This document shows positions 17,921 to 27,567 of a stretch of DNA of 64,000 bases, piece by piece. Each line of letters starts with the position of its first letter. The first letter of the stretch is position 1. A program made the translations under genes and the position numbers. The notes beneath the pieces are model-generated. The model had not been told where the DNA came from. It worked only from the letters and a program-made list of their open reading frames with translations, and made no database searches. This stretch comes from an uncultured Bacilli bacterium (GTDB lineage: Bacteria; Bacillota_I; Bacilli_A; RF39; UBA660), in contig CAKOHV010000004.1 in the NCBI GenBank assembly GCA_934086145.1, forward strand, positions 2,354-66,353, read 5' to 3'.

Positions 17921-18889
17921 CTAATTTTGGCGATTTTTTTCAACCTGAAAGATCAATGAAGCTATCATCTTATTAAAATACTTTAAATAAAGTCCTTTCT
18001 TGCTCTTTTTTAAATACTTATTCTTCTTATACTCAGGAAAATTTTCTTTTACTTTAGTTAAAGCATAATCAACAGCTTCTAAATACTTTTTCTTATCTTT
18101 ACATTTAGCCATTCTCTTAATAAATGTTGCTAAAGAATACCTTACATAAACATATTCTAACTCTTCATAGTATTCATCAAATAAATTATGCTCTTTATAA
18201 TACTTAAAAATAGAATCAAAATTATTTACCATATCATATAATTTTTCATTAAAAGTATAGGTAATCGAACCTTCCCTTTGCATATATTCATAATAAAAGC
18301 CATCAACAACGCCTATTCTGTTTACATTAGGCAACAAACGATACATAAATTCAACATCTTCATAGGCAACGCCCTTTTTAAAGCTCAAATCTTTAAATAA
18401 CTTTCTTTTATATATCTTGTTACATGCGGCCGGATAAAAATCATACATTTGTGCTTTAATAGCTTCTTTACCAATTAAATCATCTAAATAGCCAGGTGTA
18501 ACATCAACTTCATGGTCTTTATAAATCATCTTAACTCCACAAGTCACCAGTTCAAAGTCACCTGCATAAGCCTTCTCAACCATGTCCTTAATAAAATTTT
18601 TATTTATCGTATCATCACTATCAATAAAAGCTAAATAATCTCCTTTGGCCTTACTTATTCCTGCATTTCGGGCATCAGATAAGCCACCATTTTCCTTATC
18701 AATAACCTTAATTAAATCAGGATATTTTTTTTCATAATCTAAACAGATTGCCAAAGTATTATCTTTCGATCCATCATTTACCAAAATAATTTCCATATCG
18801 TCTATTTTAGCTTTTAAAATACTCTCAATACAAGCCTTCAAATATTTTTCGACATTATAACACGGAACTATTACACTCAATTTAATCAT
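17921..18889 (-). CDS. Family 2 glycosyltransferase
   Basis: LSVIVPCYNVEKYL...VNDGSKDNT...IDSDD are the GT2 (GT-A) motifs. Confidence 0.85.
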   Translation of the reverse strand: MIKLSVIVPCYNVEKYLKACIESILKAKIDDMEIILVNDGSKDNTLAICLDYEKKYPDLIKVIDKENGGLSDARNAGISKAKGDYLAFIDSDDTINKNFIKDMVEKAYAGDFELVTCGVKMIYKDHEVDVTPGYLDDLIGKEAIKAQMYDFYPAACNKIYKRKLFKDLSFKKGVAYEDVEFMYRLLPNVNRIGVVDGFYYEYMQREGSITYTFNEKLYDMVNNFDSIFKYYKEHNLFDEYYEELEYVYVRYSLATFIKRMAKCKDKKKYLEAVDYALTKVKENFPEYKKNKYLKKSKKGLYLKYFNKMIASLIFQVEKNRQN

Positions 18890-19044
18890 AAAATCATCCT
18901 AACTATAAATTCATTATAACACAAAAAAAATAAACATTTTTTTAATTAAAATGATTTTCTGTTGTTGATCTTATTTTTTATTTTATTTATAAAATTTTTT
19001 TTATACAATTTTTACCATCTTTTACTCTATAAAAATTATAACAT

Positions 19045-19076
19045 CAAAAAAGAATAGATTTTTATTTTCTATTCTC
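19045..19076 (-). terminator. Intrinsic terminator after the UbiA-family gene
   Basis: On the minus strand: AGAATAGA-aaataaaa-TCTATTCT followed by TTTTTT. Confidence 0.55.
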
Positions 19077-19106
19077 TCAAGTTAATAACAATGGTCTATC
19101 AACTTT

Positions 19107-19979
19107 TTAAATTATATATAAAATTATAAATAAAGTGAACATGTATATTACAATAACAGTAATCATTATTTTATTTGATAAAATCACTTCAATGGGATCA
19201 CCATGAGAGTCACCTTCAATATCAAGACTATATAATTGAAATACTACCATTATAATAGGAATAGTCCAAAACAAATAGTCATTACCTATTCTATTAATTG
19301 TTGAAGCATCAACACACCATAATGAATAGAAAGCAACAGATAAAACTAAAGAAACATACATATTTTTATCTAAAAATTCTTTATTATATAAAGCTAATAC
19401 ACTTCTACTTTTCTTACCATTTTTTATAATTTCATTTCTTCTTTTTCCAAAGCCCAAGAAAAAAGCGCCAAATATAACCATTAAATATAAGAATTTAGAC
19501 ACAGCAACATCTATAACTACACCACCATACATGACTCTCATTACAAAACCTGATACTAATATTACTACATCAATAATAGGAACATTTTTTAATCCAAAGC
19601 TATACAAAATATTAACAAAAATATATATTAATGGAATTCCAAAAACCAACCAATTATGATTTAGATAAAACAAATATGATGAAGTAATAGCTATTAAACT
19701 AACTAATACAACAATTGTTACATAAGCCATCTTAATTGATATAGCACCACTTGCTAAAGGTCTATTCTTTTTTACTGGATGTTTTCTATCTTTATCAACA
19801 TCATTTATATCATTTATGACATAAACAATAGATGCAGATAAAGAAAAACAAATAAAAGCAATTACACAAGTTAATACCATATTCAAAGTAAATAAATTTA
19901 AACTAAAAAATAATGGTAAAAATACTAATCCATTTTTCAACCAATGTTTTACTCTTATTAATTTAATATAATCTTTCAT
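19107..19979 (-). CDS. UbiA-family polyprenyl-phosphate phosphoribosyltransferase (decaprenyl-phosphate phosphoribosyltransferase-like)
   Basis: 290 aa and polytopic. The N-terminal IRVKHWLKNGLVFLPLFFS and the NDINDVDKDRKHPVKKNRPLASG Asp-rich motif match the DPPR-synthase (Rv3806c-type) branch of UbiA prenyltransferases. Confidence 0.7.
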   Translation of the reverse strand: MKDYIKLIRVKHWLKNGLVFLPLFFSLNLFTLNMVLTCVIAFICFSLSASIVYVINDINDVDKDRKHPVKKNRPLASGAISIKMAYVTIVVLVSLIAITSSYLFYLNHNWLVFGIPLIYIFVNILYSFGLKNVPIIDVVILVSGFVMRVMYGGVVIDVAVSKFLYLMVIFGAFFLGFGKRRNEIIKNGKKSRSVLALYNKEFLDKNMYVSLVLSVAFYSLWCVDASTINRIGNDYLFWTIPIIMVVFQLYSLDIEGDSHGDPIEVILSNKIMITVIVIYMFTLFIILYII

Positions 19980-20029
19980 TACAAGAACCTCCTACTTTCA
20001 AAATAATTATATAACAAATAAATAAATTT

Positions 20030-20053
20030 AAAAAGTCGAACATTCGACTTTTT
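20030..20053. terminator. Short bidirectional hairpin terminator
   Basis: AAAAAGTCGA-acat-TCGACTTTTT, overlapping the stop of the 842-aa gene. Confidence 0.5.
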
Positions 20054-22580
20054 AATAATCTTTTAACATTAAATACATTTCAGATGCGGTCCAAGCGTGT
20101 GATAAATATAAATCTTTTTCACAATAATATTCAGAAACAAAACATTCATTTTCTTGTTTATGATCTAGATAATCATTTCCACCTTCATAAGTTAAAGGAT
20201 AAATTTCATCTAAGATAAATAATTTACCATAACCACTATAATGATAGAATCCCCAGTTAATGTAAGGATAAAAAGATGACGTTTGTACTAAGGAAGACTC
20301 CACTTTATGCTCCATATACCAAGTTAATTTACCATAAGCATCATCAACTAAAGGATAATCTAAATCAATATCAATACCTAATTTTTCGGCACCATATATA
20401 GCTAAACTTGTAGGATAATAAGTTTGAATAACACCATCTACCATACCACTGATATGATTTTGATCATCTTTTAAAACAGAAATTTCTTTAACAATTTTTT
20501 TAACTAAATCTTTATTATTAGCCTTAGTAGCTCCAATAATATACAATAATTCACCAAGATTATCCGGTTCATTAATATCTGATGCCCTTGAATTATCATA
20601 AACTTTAATTAAATTATCAACCCAATCAAGAATCAAATTTGTATTATCAGAATATTCTAATACCTTAACAACCATCATAGCATCTCTATAATAAGCTTGA
20701 GTATACCCCCAAATATTTGGCTTAGGCTCCGAGCCATCTATATTAAATAGTACTTCTTGATGCAAAACTTTTAAAACTTCAGAATATTTTTTATCTTCAT
20801 ATTCAGGTAAATTTATTTTAGAACCTAAAGTTAATTCTTCTTCTTGATTATTAGTATATAAATAAACTCCATTTTCGTTTTCTGTTATTCTATAAACATT
20901 ATCTCCATCTTTCAATATAACAGTATACATATTAGGAATTATTTTTTCGTAATCAAAGTTAAATTCTTTAATAACTTCACCAGTGTAAGCATCTAATAAT
21001 TTTCCATTTTTATATACCATTTTATTTCTATCTGCCATACCAAAGAAATAAACTCCTATAGGATTTTCAGTATCTTCGTATGACTCAATCATAAAGGCAT
21101 TTTTCAATTCTTTTAATTGCTTTTCGTAAATATTAAATTCGTTTTCATATTCACAAATAATATCACAATTATCTTCTTTTTTATCGTAATTAATGATACT
21201 ATAAAAGCCAAACATTAATAACAAAATAGCCAAAGAAGAAATTAACTTATAAATTTTTTTATCAAAAATAAACATAACAGCAACAATTAATAATATTAAA
21301 ATAATTAGAAATGGTAAAATTCTTAAATGCTCAACAGGATTAAATCTAGGTAGTAATGTTAAATACATCATAACAATACCTCTTAAACTCATTACAATAA
21401 CTATACCTATGGAAAATATATTAATAATTTTATTATTAAACAACTTTATTTCTAACTTATCAACTAAATATCCTAGTAATAAAATTAATAAGAAATTAAA
21501 ATGACAAACATATAAGAAAGCAATTGAATTACCATAAAACAAATGAAGACATATATTAAATAATAATGCAACCAATAACGCATAATATAATTTATCTTTC
21601 ATTATATTTAATCTAGTTTTAAAAATATACCAAACATTCATTACAATAAACGTAATAGTACAAATAATTGAAAAAACATTAGTTATAACTGAATATTTAA
21701 AAGTTAAATAAACTCCGGTTTTAGGTAAATATAAATTAGTTACATAAAAGGAATATCCAAATAAAACATTAACAATATTTAAAACTTTTTTTTCAGAAAA
21801 ACCTTTTTCAATATATAAATTTTCTTCACTTGTACCAGTAATAAGATCAGTAACATTTTTTGTAAAAAAGTTAGGGGCTGATTGCCATATTAAATTTTGA
21901 ATACAAGCTAAGAATACACTTAATGTTAAAGCAGACATACCAACTATTATTGTTAAAACAATTCTATTTTTATTTTTTTTATTTAATGTAACAACAAAAA
22001 ATAAAACTATAATAAATTGAACAACATTAGTTAACGTAACTGCTAAACTTCCAACACCTAATAAGGTTAAAATAATATAATCTAAAAGTTTTAATTCTTT
22101 ATCCATTTTAACAGCCGCAAACACCCACATTAATGCTAATAATCCCTGAGCGAAAATATACGTTTCAATATTAGAACTAAATACAATTTGGCCAAAACTA
22201 GTTCCAAATAAAACTGTTAATAACATAATAGTATTATTCTTTAAATTAAACTTTTTCAAAACAGAATATACCGACACTAAACTAATAGATGCAAAAACAC
22301 TTTGAATAAATAAACAAGATAAAGCATTATCCCTAAAGAAATATCCTAATATTTTACAAACAGGTTGAAATAAAATAACAAATAATGGATGAACTGTGGC
22401 TCTATAATGATTTGCTGTAAAAACAGTTAAATCTTCAAGAACTCTTGGAGTATCTACATCGAATAATACATTCCAAAAATTATATAATCCTAAACAATAA
22501 GAATATAATATTCCCAAAGAAAAATAAAATGCAGTTGCCAACAGGAATATTGATATTTCTTTTTTATATTTTTTTAACAT
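20052..22580 (-). CDS. Large polytopic membrane protein (GT-C-like candidate) with ~380-aa extracytoplasmic C-terminal domain
   Basis: 842 aa with RBS GGGTGG. About 12 predicted TM segments in the first ~460 aa, with an early loop FDVDTPRVLEDL. The soluble C-terminal domain ends ...LSHAWTASEMYLMLKDY, which looks alpha/alpha-barrel-like by eye. Confidence 0.5.
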   Translation of the reverse strand: MLKKYKKEISIFLLATAFYFSLGILYSYCLGLYNFWNVLFDVDTPRVLEDLTVFTANHYRATVHPLFVILFQPVCKILGYFFRDNALSCLFIQSVFASISLVSVYSVLKKFNLKNNTIMLLTVLFGTSFGQIVFSSNIETYIFAQGLLALMWVFAAVKMDKELKLLDYIILTLLGVGSLAVTLTNVVQFIIVLFFVVTLNKKNKNRIVLTIIVGMSALTLSVFLACIQNLIWQSAPNFFTKNVTDLITGTSEENLYIEKGFSEKKVLNIVNVLFGYSFYVTNLYLPKTGVYLTFKYSVITNVFSIICTITFIVMNVWYIFKTRLNIMKDKLYYALLVALLFNICLHLFYGNSIAFLYVCHFNFLLILLLGYLVDKLEIKLFNNKIINIFSIGIVIVMSLRGIVMMYLTLLPRFNPVEHLRILPFLIILILLIVAVMFIFDKKIYKLISSLAILLLMFGFYSIINYDKKEDNCDIICEYENEFNIYEKQLKELKNAFMIESYEDTENPIGVYFFGMADRNKMVYKNGKLLDAYTGEVIKEFNFDYEKIIPNMYTVILKDGDNVYRITENENGVYLYTNNQEEELTLGSKINLPEYEDKKYSEVLKVLHQEVLFNIDGSEPKPNIWGYTQAYYRDAMMVVKVLEYSDNTNLILDWVDNLIKVYDNSRASDINEPDNLGELLYIIGATKANNKDLVKKIVKEISVLKDDQNHISGMVDGVIQTYYPTSLAIYGAEKLGIDIDLDYPLVDDAYGKLTWYMEHKVESSLVQTSSFYPYINWGFYHYSGYGKLFILDEIYPLTYEGGNDYLDHKQENECFVSEYYCEKDLYLSHAWTASEMYLMLKDY

Positions 22581-22589
22581 ATTACCACC

Positions 22590-24806
22590 CTATTTCTTAA
22601 ATATTTTTTTACCAATTTTCCAAATAGGAGATTTAACGAAAGCCCTCCAAGCGGGATATTTCCATAATTTATCTTTGTCAATATTGAAGAACTTATCATT
22701 AAAGCCAGGATAATGTTCAACACAATAGTTATATACAAGCCATTGATATTCATCAAATAAATATTCCATATATAATTTATACACACTAAGTGCAAGTGAT
22801 TCAGGAATAATACAATTAGAAGCCTCCAAAGTATCAAATATATTATCAAATTTTTCAACCATGTTATCCACTGTAAAACCATTTAATATTTTCTTTCTTG
22901 AATTTTTCTTTAACTTATCAAGATTATCCAATACACAAATTACAGCGCTTTTATAATCAATAAGTTCTTGTTTTTCTTCTTCATTAGTTAAATTTTCTTT
23001 ATAATTAACAATTTTACCTACTGTATCATCAATAAGTTCTTTTTGACCACCAACATCCGAAGAAACAACAGGCACCGCCATAGACAATGATTCATAAGAA
23101 GTTAACGCCAAACCTTCTAACCTCGAACAATTAAATGTTAAATCGCTAATTGAGTATACCTCAGCCGAATTTTTAACCATACCAAGCATTATGAACTTGT
23201 CGCTTATTCCTTTAGACTCAATCAATTTTTTAACATCATTAAATAATGGTCCATCTCCTGCTATAATAAAAGCCAAATCACTACGTTCTTTCAATAACAA
23301 ATCAGCAACATTTACAAATAACTCAGGTCTTTTTTCTTCGCTTAATCTAGCAATAAAAGTAATAACTTTTTCATCAGCTGAAATACCATATTTTTTTTTC
23401 AATTCATCCCTATCAAATTTAGAAGGATCATATTTATCAGAATCAGTTCCAATATAAATTGTATCAACATGTTTAATACCAAACATATCTTTTAATTGGC
23501 TAGCAGTAAATTTGTTACAAGCATAAGTATGATCAATACATTCCTCAAAATCTTTTGAATATCTTCCAAAAGATCCTCTAGGATCTTTTAAATCTACCGA
23601 ATGAATATAATCTACTATCTTGATATTAGGATAAACTGCTTTAATATGCGGCAACATTGCATAACCATATGTACTATTAGAGTTAAATACAATATCAACA
23701 TTTCTAGATTTAATTAAATATTCAACAAATTGAAGATAATCTTTTCTCTCTAAGAAGGTAGACATGTCATAACACTCATTAGAGCTCTCTACAAATTGTT
23801 GTCTCAATGGATTATCACTAGGGAAAGTAGTTAAAACAATCGCATTATATTTATCTTTATCTAATCTCTTTATTAATTCTAAATTAAATAAATCAGCTCC
23901 ACCGACTACCATCCACGGAAAAATGTACAAAATAGTTTTCTTATCTGTTTTCTTATACATTGGTAAAACAAAATCTTTCCAATTATCAACATTGAAATTA
24001 TCAGGAGTTATATTTTTTTCACCACGACTTGGAAATTGATAAACTTCTGCATTATTAGATACTTTTTTAGCAGTCTCATTAACATATTTCATAGCATTAT
24101 TATGATTTTTTTTAGCCCTCGATAACTCTCCAGAATTACTTATTCTATACCAAAACAAAGGCGCATTAATTCTTACCGGTTTCTTTCCAGCTTCGAATAG
24201 TTTCAACCATAAATTCCAATCTTCATACATTGATTTTTCTTTAATTCCAAAGCAACCTACTTGTATAAGATCATCTTTTCTTACAAGCGAAGCAATACCT
24301 ATAACATTTTCCTTTTTTTCTCCTCTTGCTGATAAATATCTATCCCAAATAAATTCATTACCACCAAAATTAGTCATGGCAGTATATGACCAAGAAGCAT
24401 CAGGATGAGTTTCCAAAGCCCAAAATAAACATTCGATCATATTATTTTCCATTAAATCATCACAATCAATAAAGAAAATATATTTACTTTCTTTAGAAGC
24501 TTTACTGATACCAAAATCACGAGCAACTGATGGTCCACCATTTTCTTTATGAAAAACTTTAATTCTTTTATCAAGCTTAGCCACACGCTCTAACTCTTTT
24601 AGTGAATCTTTATCCTTTGAGCCATCATCAACAATTATCCACTCAAAATATGGATATGTTTGATTAAAAATACAATTAGCAGTTTCTTGTAAAGTAACCC
24701 CACCATTATAAAATGGAGTTACTATAGAAATAACCACTTTTTTTTCATCGATTAATTTTCCATACTCCCTTTTTTCTCTTCCAGGTAACAACTTATAATC
24801 TATCAT
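22590..24806 (-). CDS. Bifunctional glycosyltransferase (N-terminal GT2 + C-terminal GT4/GT-B domain)
   Basis: ISIVTPFYNG...VDDGSKD...IDCDD (GT2), then ...LSEEKRPELF...GDGP...SRLEGLALTSYESLSMAVPVV (GT4 E-x7-E region). Start moved to ATG 24806 (RBS GGGAGGAAG). Confidence 0.8.
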   Translation of the reverse strand: MIDYKLLPGREKREYGKLIDEKKVVISIVTPFYNGGVTLQETANCIFNQTYPYFEWIIVDDGSKDKDSLKELERVAKLDKRIKVFHKENGGPSVARDFGISKASKESKYIFFIDCDDLMENNMIECLFWALETHPDASWSYTAMTNFGGNEFIWDRYLSARGEKKENVIGIASLVRKDDLIQVGCFGIKEKSMYEDWNLWLKLFEAGKKPVRINAPLFWYRISNSGELSRAKKNHNNAMKYVNETAKKVSNNAEVYQFPSRGEKNITPDNFNVDNWKDFVLPMYKKTDKKTILYIFPWMVVGGADLFNLELIKRLDKDKYNAIVLTTFPSDNPLRQQFVESSNECYDMSTFLERKDYLQFVEYLIKSRNVDIVFNSNSTYGYAMLPHIKAVYPNIKIVDYIHSVDLKDPRGSFGRYSKDFEECIDHTYACNKFTASQLKDMFGIKHVDTIYIGTDSDKYDPSKFDRDELKKKYGISADEKVITFIARLSEEKRPELFVNVADLLLKERSDLAFIIAGDGPLFNDVKKLIESKGISDKFIMLGMVKNSAEVYSISDLTFNCSRLEGLALTSYESLSMAVPVVSSDVGGQKELIDDTVGKIVNYKENLTNEEEKQELIDYKSAVICVLDNLDKLKKNSRKKILNGFTVDNMVEKFDNIFDTLEASNCIIPESLALSVYKLYMEYLFDEYQWLVYNYCVEHYPGFNDKFFNIDKDKLWKYPAWRAFVKSPIWKIGKKIFKK

Positions 24807-24837
24807 TTTAACTTCCTCCCTTAACCCACTTTTTTCT

Positions 24838-25608
24838 TTATAATTGCTCAGCAAAACCTTTTTGCAACTTATTAAATATCATATAACCAATAACACATAA
24901 GATTATACCTATTATAAACAATACTCCTAAGCCACTTAAATCCGGAACAGTTTTATCATAAAATATTGCTCTATATCCATTTATAACATAAGCCATTGGA
25001 TTAAATCTCATTATCCATTGATAATCAGCAGGAATTCTCCCAGATGCATAACATATTGGAGTTGCATAAAATAATAATTGCAAAGCTACACCTACGAAAT
25101 GTGCTAAATCTCTAACATATACAGTTATAGCAGATAATAAAAATGCAAAGCCTAAAGTCACAACAAATTGTACTATTAAAATTAATGGATAAAATAATAT
25201 ATGCCATGAAAATCCATAACCAGTTAATAAAATAAAAGCTAAAATAATCACAGTTGAAATAATGAAATTAACACATTCACTTGTTACAACAGATATTGGC
25301 AAAATTTCTCTTGGAAAGAAAACTTTTTTTATAATTCCACCATTTTCAATAATGGTAAAAGCAGCTTTATTAATTGCAGTCGAAAAAAACAACCAAGGAA
25401 TCAAACCACAAACTAAGAAAATCACATAATTATCATCTGTTTGCATTATTAATGGAAAAACCAATGCATAAACAGCAATTTGTAATAGAGGATTTAAAAA
25501 TGACCATATTACACCTAAAAATGAATTTTTATATTTACCTCTTATTTCTTTACTTACGCTAGTTTTTAGCAATTCTCTATAATCATATAATCTTTTAAAT
25601 ATATTCAT
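24838..25608 (-). CDS. ABC-2 type polysaccharide/teichoic acid export permease (TagG/Wzm-like)
   Basis: 256 aa, six TM segments. The N-terminal ELLKTSVSKEIRGKYKNSFLGVIWSFLNPLL is typical of this family. Confidence 0.85.
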   Translation of the reverse strand: MNIFKRLYDYRELLKTSVSKEIRGKYKNSFLGVIWSFLNPLLQIAVYALVFPLIMQTDDNYVIFLVCGLIPWLFFSTAINKAAFTIIENGGIIKKVFFPREILPISVVTSECVNFIISTVIILAFILLTGYGFSWHILFYPLILIVQFVVTLGFAFLLSAITVYVRDLAHFVGVALQLLFYATPICYASGRIPADYQWIMRFNPMAYVINGYRAIFYDKTVPDLSGLGVLFIIGIILCVIGYMIFNKLQKGFAEQL

Positions 25609-25616
25609 TTTATCAC

Positions 25617-26357
25617 CTACCTAGTAGCCTTTAGATATGCATCAACAACTTCATCTGGTTTAGCATCCATTTTTATTTTACCATCACATAACCAAACAGC
25701 TCGATCACATAATTCTTTTACTTGCCCCATACTATGTGTAACAAAAACCATTGTTTTTCCTTCATCACGTAATTCTTTCATTTTAGCTAGACACTTTTCT
25801 TGAAAATGTTGATCTCCTACGGATAGAATTTCATCAACTAAAAGTATTTCGGCATCAACATTAATAGCTACTGAAAATGCAAGTCGCATGTACATTCCAG
25901 AAGAATATGTTCTAACAGGATTGTCAATGTAAGAACCAAGTTCGCTAAATTCAATAATTTTATCTAATCTTTTATCAATTTCTTTTTTTGATAAACCAAA
26001 AATTGAAGCATTAAAATAAATATTTTCGCGTCCACTAAAATCAGGATGAAATCCTGCTCCTAGTTCTAGTAATGAAGTAAGCTTTCCTCTCGTAACAATT
26101 TTTCCTTTATTAGGGAAAATTATTTGCGTCATCAACTTAAGTAAAGTTGATTTACCACTTCCATTTGTTCCTATTAATGCCACACATTCTCCTTTTTTGA
26201 CCCTTAAATCAATGCCATCAAGAACAACTCTTTTTTCTTTTTTATTTCTTGAAAACATGGAAAGAATACTTTCTTTTAAAGTATTTGATTTATCTAAATA
26301 AACATCAAAAGTTTTATAAACATTTTCACAAACAATGCTATACTCACTCTTACCCAT
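25617..26357 (-). CDS. ABC polysaccharide/teichoic acid export ATP-binding protein (TagH/Wzt-like)
   Basis: Walker A GTNGSGKST, signature YSSGMYMRL and Walker B LLVDE. Confidence 0.9.
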   Translation of the reverse strand: MGKSEYSIVCENVYKTFDVYLDKSNTLKESILSMFSRNKKEKRVVLDGIDLRVKKGECVALIGTNGSGKSTLLKLMTQIIFPNKGKIVTRGKLTSLLELGAGFHPDFSGRENIYFNASIFGLSKKEIDKRLDKIIEFSELGSYIDNPVRTYSSGMYMRLAFSVAINVDAEILLVDEILSVGDQHFQEKCLAKMKELRDEGKTMVFVTHSMGQVKELCDRAVWLCDGKIKMDAKPDEVVDAYLKATR

Positions 26358-26424
26358 AAATTCTACCTTCCTTTCATTATATATTATATCATTATATTAA
26401 TAATAAAACGAGCAAAATAAAATC

Positions 26425-27435
26425 TCAACCAGCAAACTTCTTTATTTTTATTTTATCAATCAATTTATATACACTATATAACATCAATGAAATTAAAACT
26501 GTATAAGTTAAGTTTAAAATAAATAATAAAGCCAATTTTATAGCCCAAACCATTTCAATTCTATAACAAAAAGGTAATAATAAAGAAGAGCCTACACCTT
26601 GTGCAAAATAAAATAAAATAGCATTTTTACCTATAGTACAGATAATATTATTTTTTACTTTATAAGTAGAATTAAAATACCACATAGTAACAATAGATAA
26701 CAGAGAATACGTAAAATAAACAAAATTAAAAGCTAATTTATAATTTTGCATTAAACTAAAAGAATAGTCCGTTTTTAATAACAACATAACACAAAATAAA
26801 GATAAAGAACAAAATATAATAATAAACTTTTTGAAACTCAAATTATTATTATAAGCATAATAGCCTAATAAATATATAATTATAAAGAATGTCATTTTTT
26901 TAAAAAATAACACGCAAGGAATTGAAATAAAATTTAAAATCAAATAAAACACTAATATCATTATAATAAACCAAATTAAATTTTTCTTGGTATTAACAAT
27001 TTTATTAACACAAAAAATAAAAATAGAACTTAAAAATGAAACAAAAAAATACATAGGCATAAACCACATAGATCCACCTACAACCTGAAGTGGCATTGTA
27101 TCTGAATACTTAAATAGTAAACCATTTTTAAAATTTTCAAAATTAAAACTATTATAATCAAAATATAAAACAAATAACATGTAGATAGCAAAGAAAACAA
27201 TATATTTAAAATATAATTTTGCTAAAACCTTAATTGTTTTTTTTACACTATTTGAATAATTATACGTCATACCAGATATAAATATAAATAAAGGCACATC
27301 AATAAATAAAGATAAACTTTTTACATTTTGCGGAACATACCCTTCTCCACTCCAAAAGCAACAATGTATAAATACAATCCATATTGCCGCAAATCCCCTA
27401 TAAAAATCCAAATTATAGTTTCTACTTTTTACCAT
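26425..27435 (-). CDS. Acyltransferase family 3 membrane protein (O-acetyltransferase-like)
   Basis: Polytopic. LDFYRGFAAIWIVFIHC is the N-terminal motif of acyltransferase_3. Start moved to ATG 27435 (RBS GGTGG). TGA stop. Confidence 0.75.
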   Translation of the reverse strand: MVKSRNYNLDFYRGFAAIWIVFIHCCFWSGEGYVPQNVKSLSLFIDVPLFIFISGMTYNYSNSVKKTIKVLAKLYFKYIVFFAIYMLFVLYFDYNSFNFENFKNGLLFKYSDTMPLQVVGGSMWFMPMYFFVSFLSSIFIFCVNKIVNTKKNLIWFIIMILVFYLILNFISIPCVLFFKKMTFFIIIYLLGYYAYNNNLSFKKFIIIFCSLSLFCVMLLLKTDYSFSLMQNYKLAFNFVYFTYSLLSIVTMWYFNSTYKVKNNIICTIGKNAILFYFAQGVGSSLLLPFCYRIEMVWAIKLALLFILNLTYTVLISLMLYSVYKLIDKIKIKKFAG

Positions 27436-27491
27436 GCTTACCACCTTAAATACTATTAAATAATATAATACCATAAAAAGAATTTATTTTT

Positions 27492-27523
27492 AAAAAAATT
27501 ACAGTTCAGTCAAAGAATTGTAA
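27492..27523 (-). terminator. Intrinsic terminator downstream of the DUF285 pseudogene
   Basis: On the minus strand: TTACAATTC-tttgact-GAACTGTAA followed by T7. Confidence 0.5.
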
Positions 27524-27567
27524 CTTTTAAAAGGTGCCTTGAATGACACTTATCCCTAGATAGTAAC

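Noticed and set aside
22574-22882. The 102-aa ORF overlapping the 3' end of the GT2+GT4 gene, and other short overlapping track ORFs. These are 731-913, 4543-4776, 7475-7687, 13201-13392, 15068-15250, 23191-23457, 25374-25562, 29726-29911, 30694-30906, 31812-32015, 40900-41281, 49271-49456, 51526-51816, 53614-53940, 54638-54850, 61904-62119, 62491-62703 and 62949-63254.
   Set aside because: They are fully nested in, or antisense to, much longer ORFs with clear family signatures. They have no RBS, and their composition is typical of chance ORFs in AT-rich DNA.
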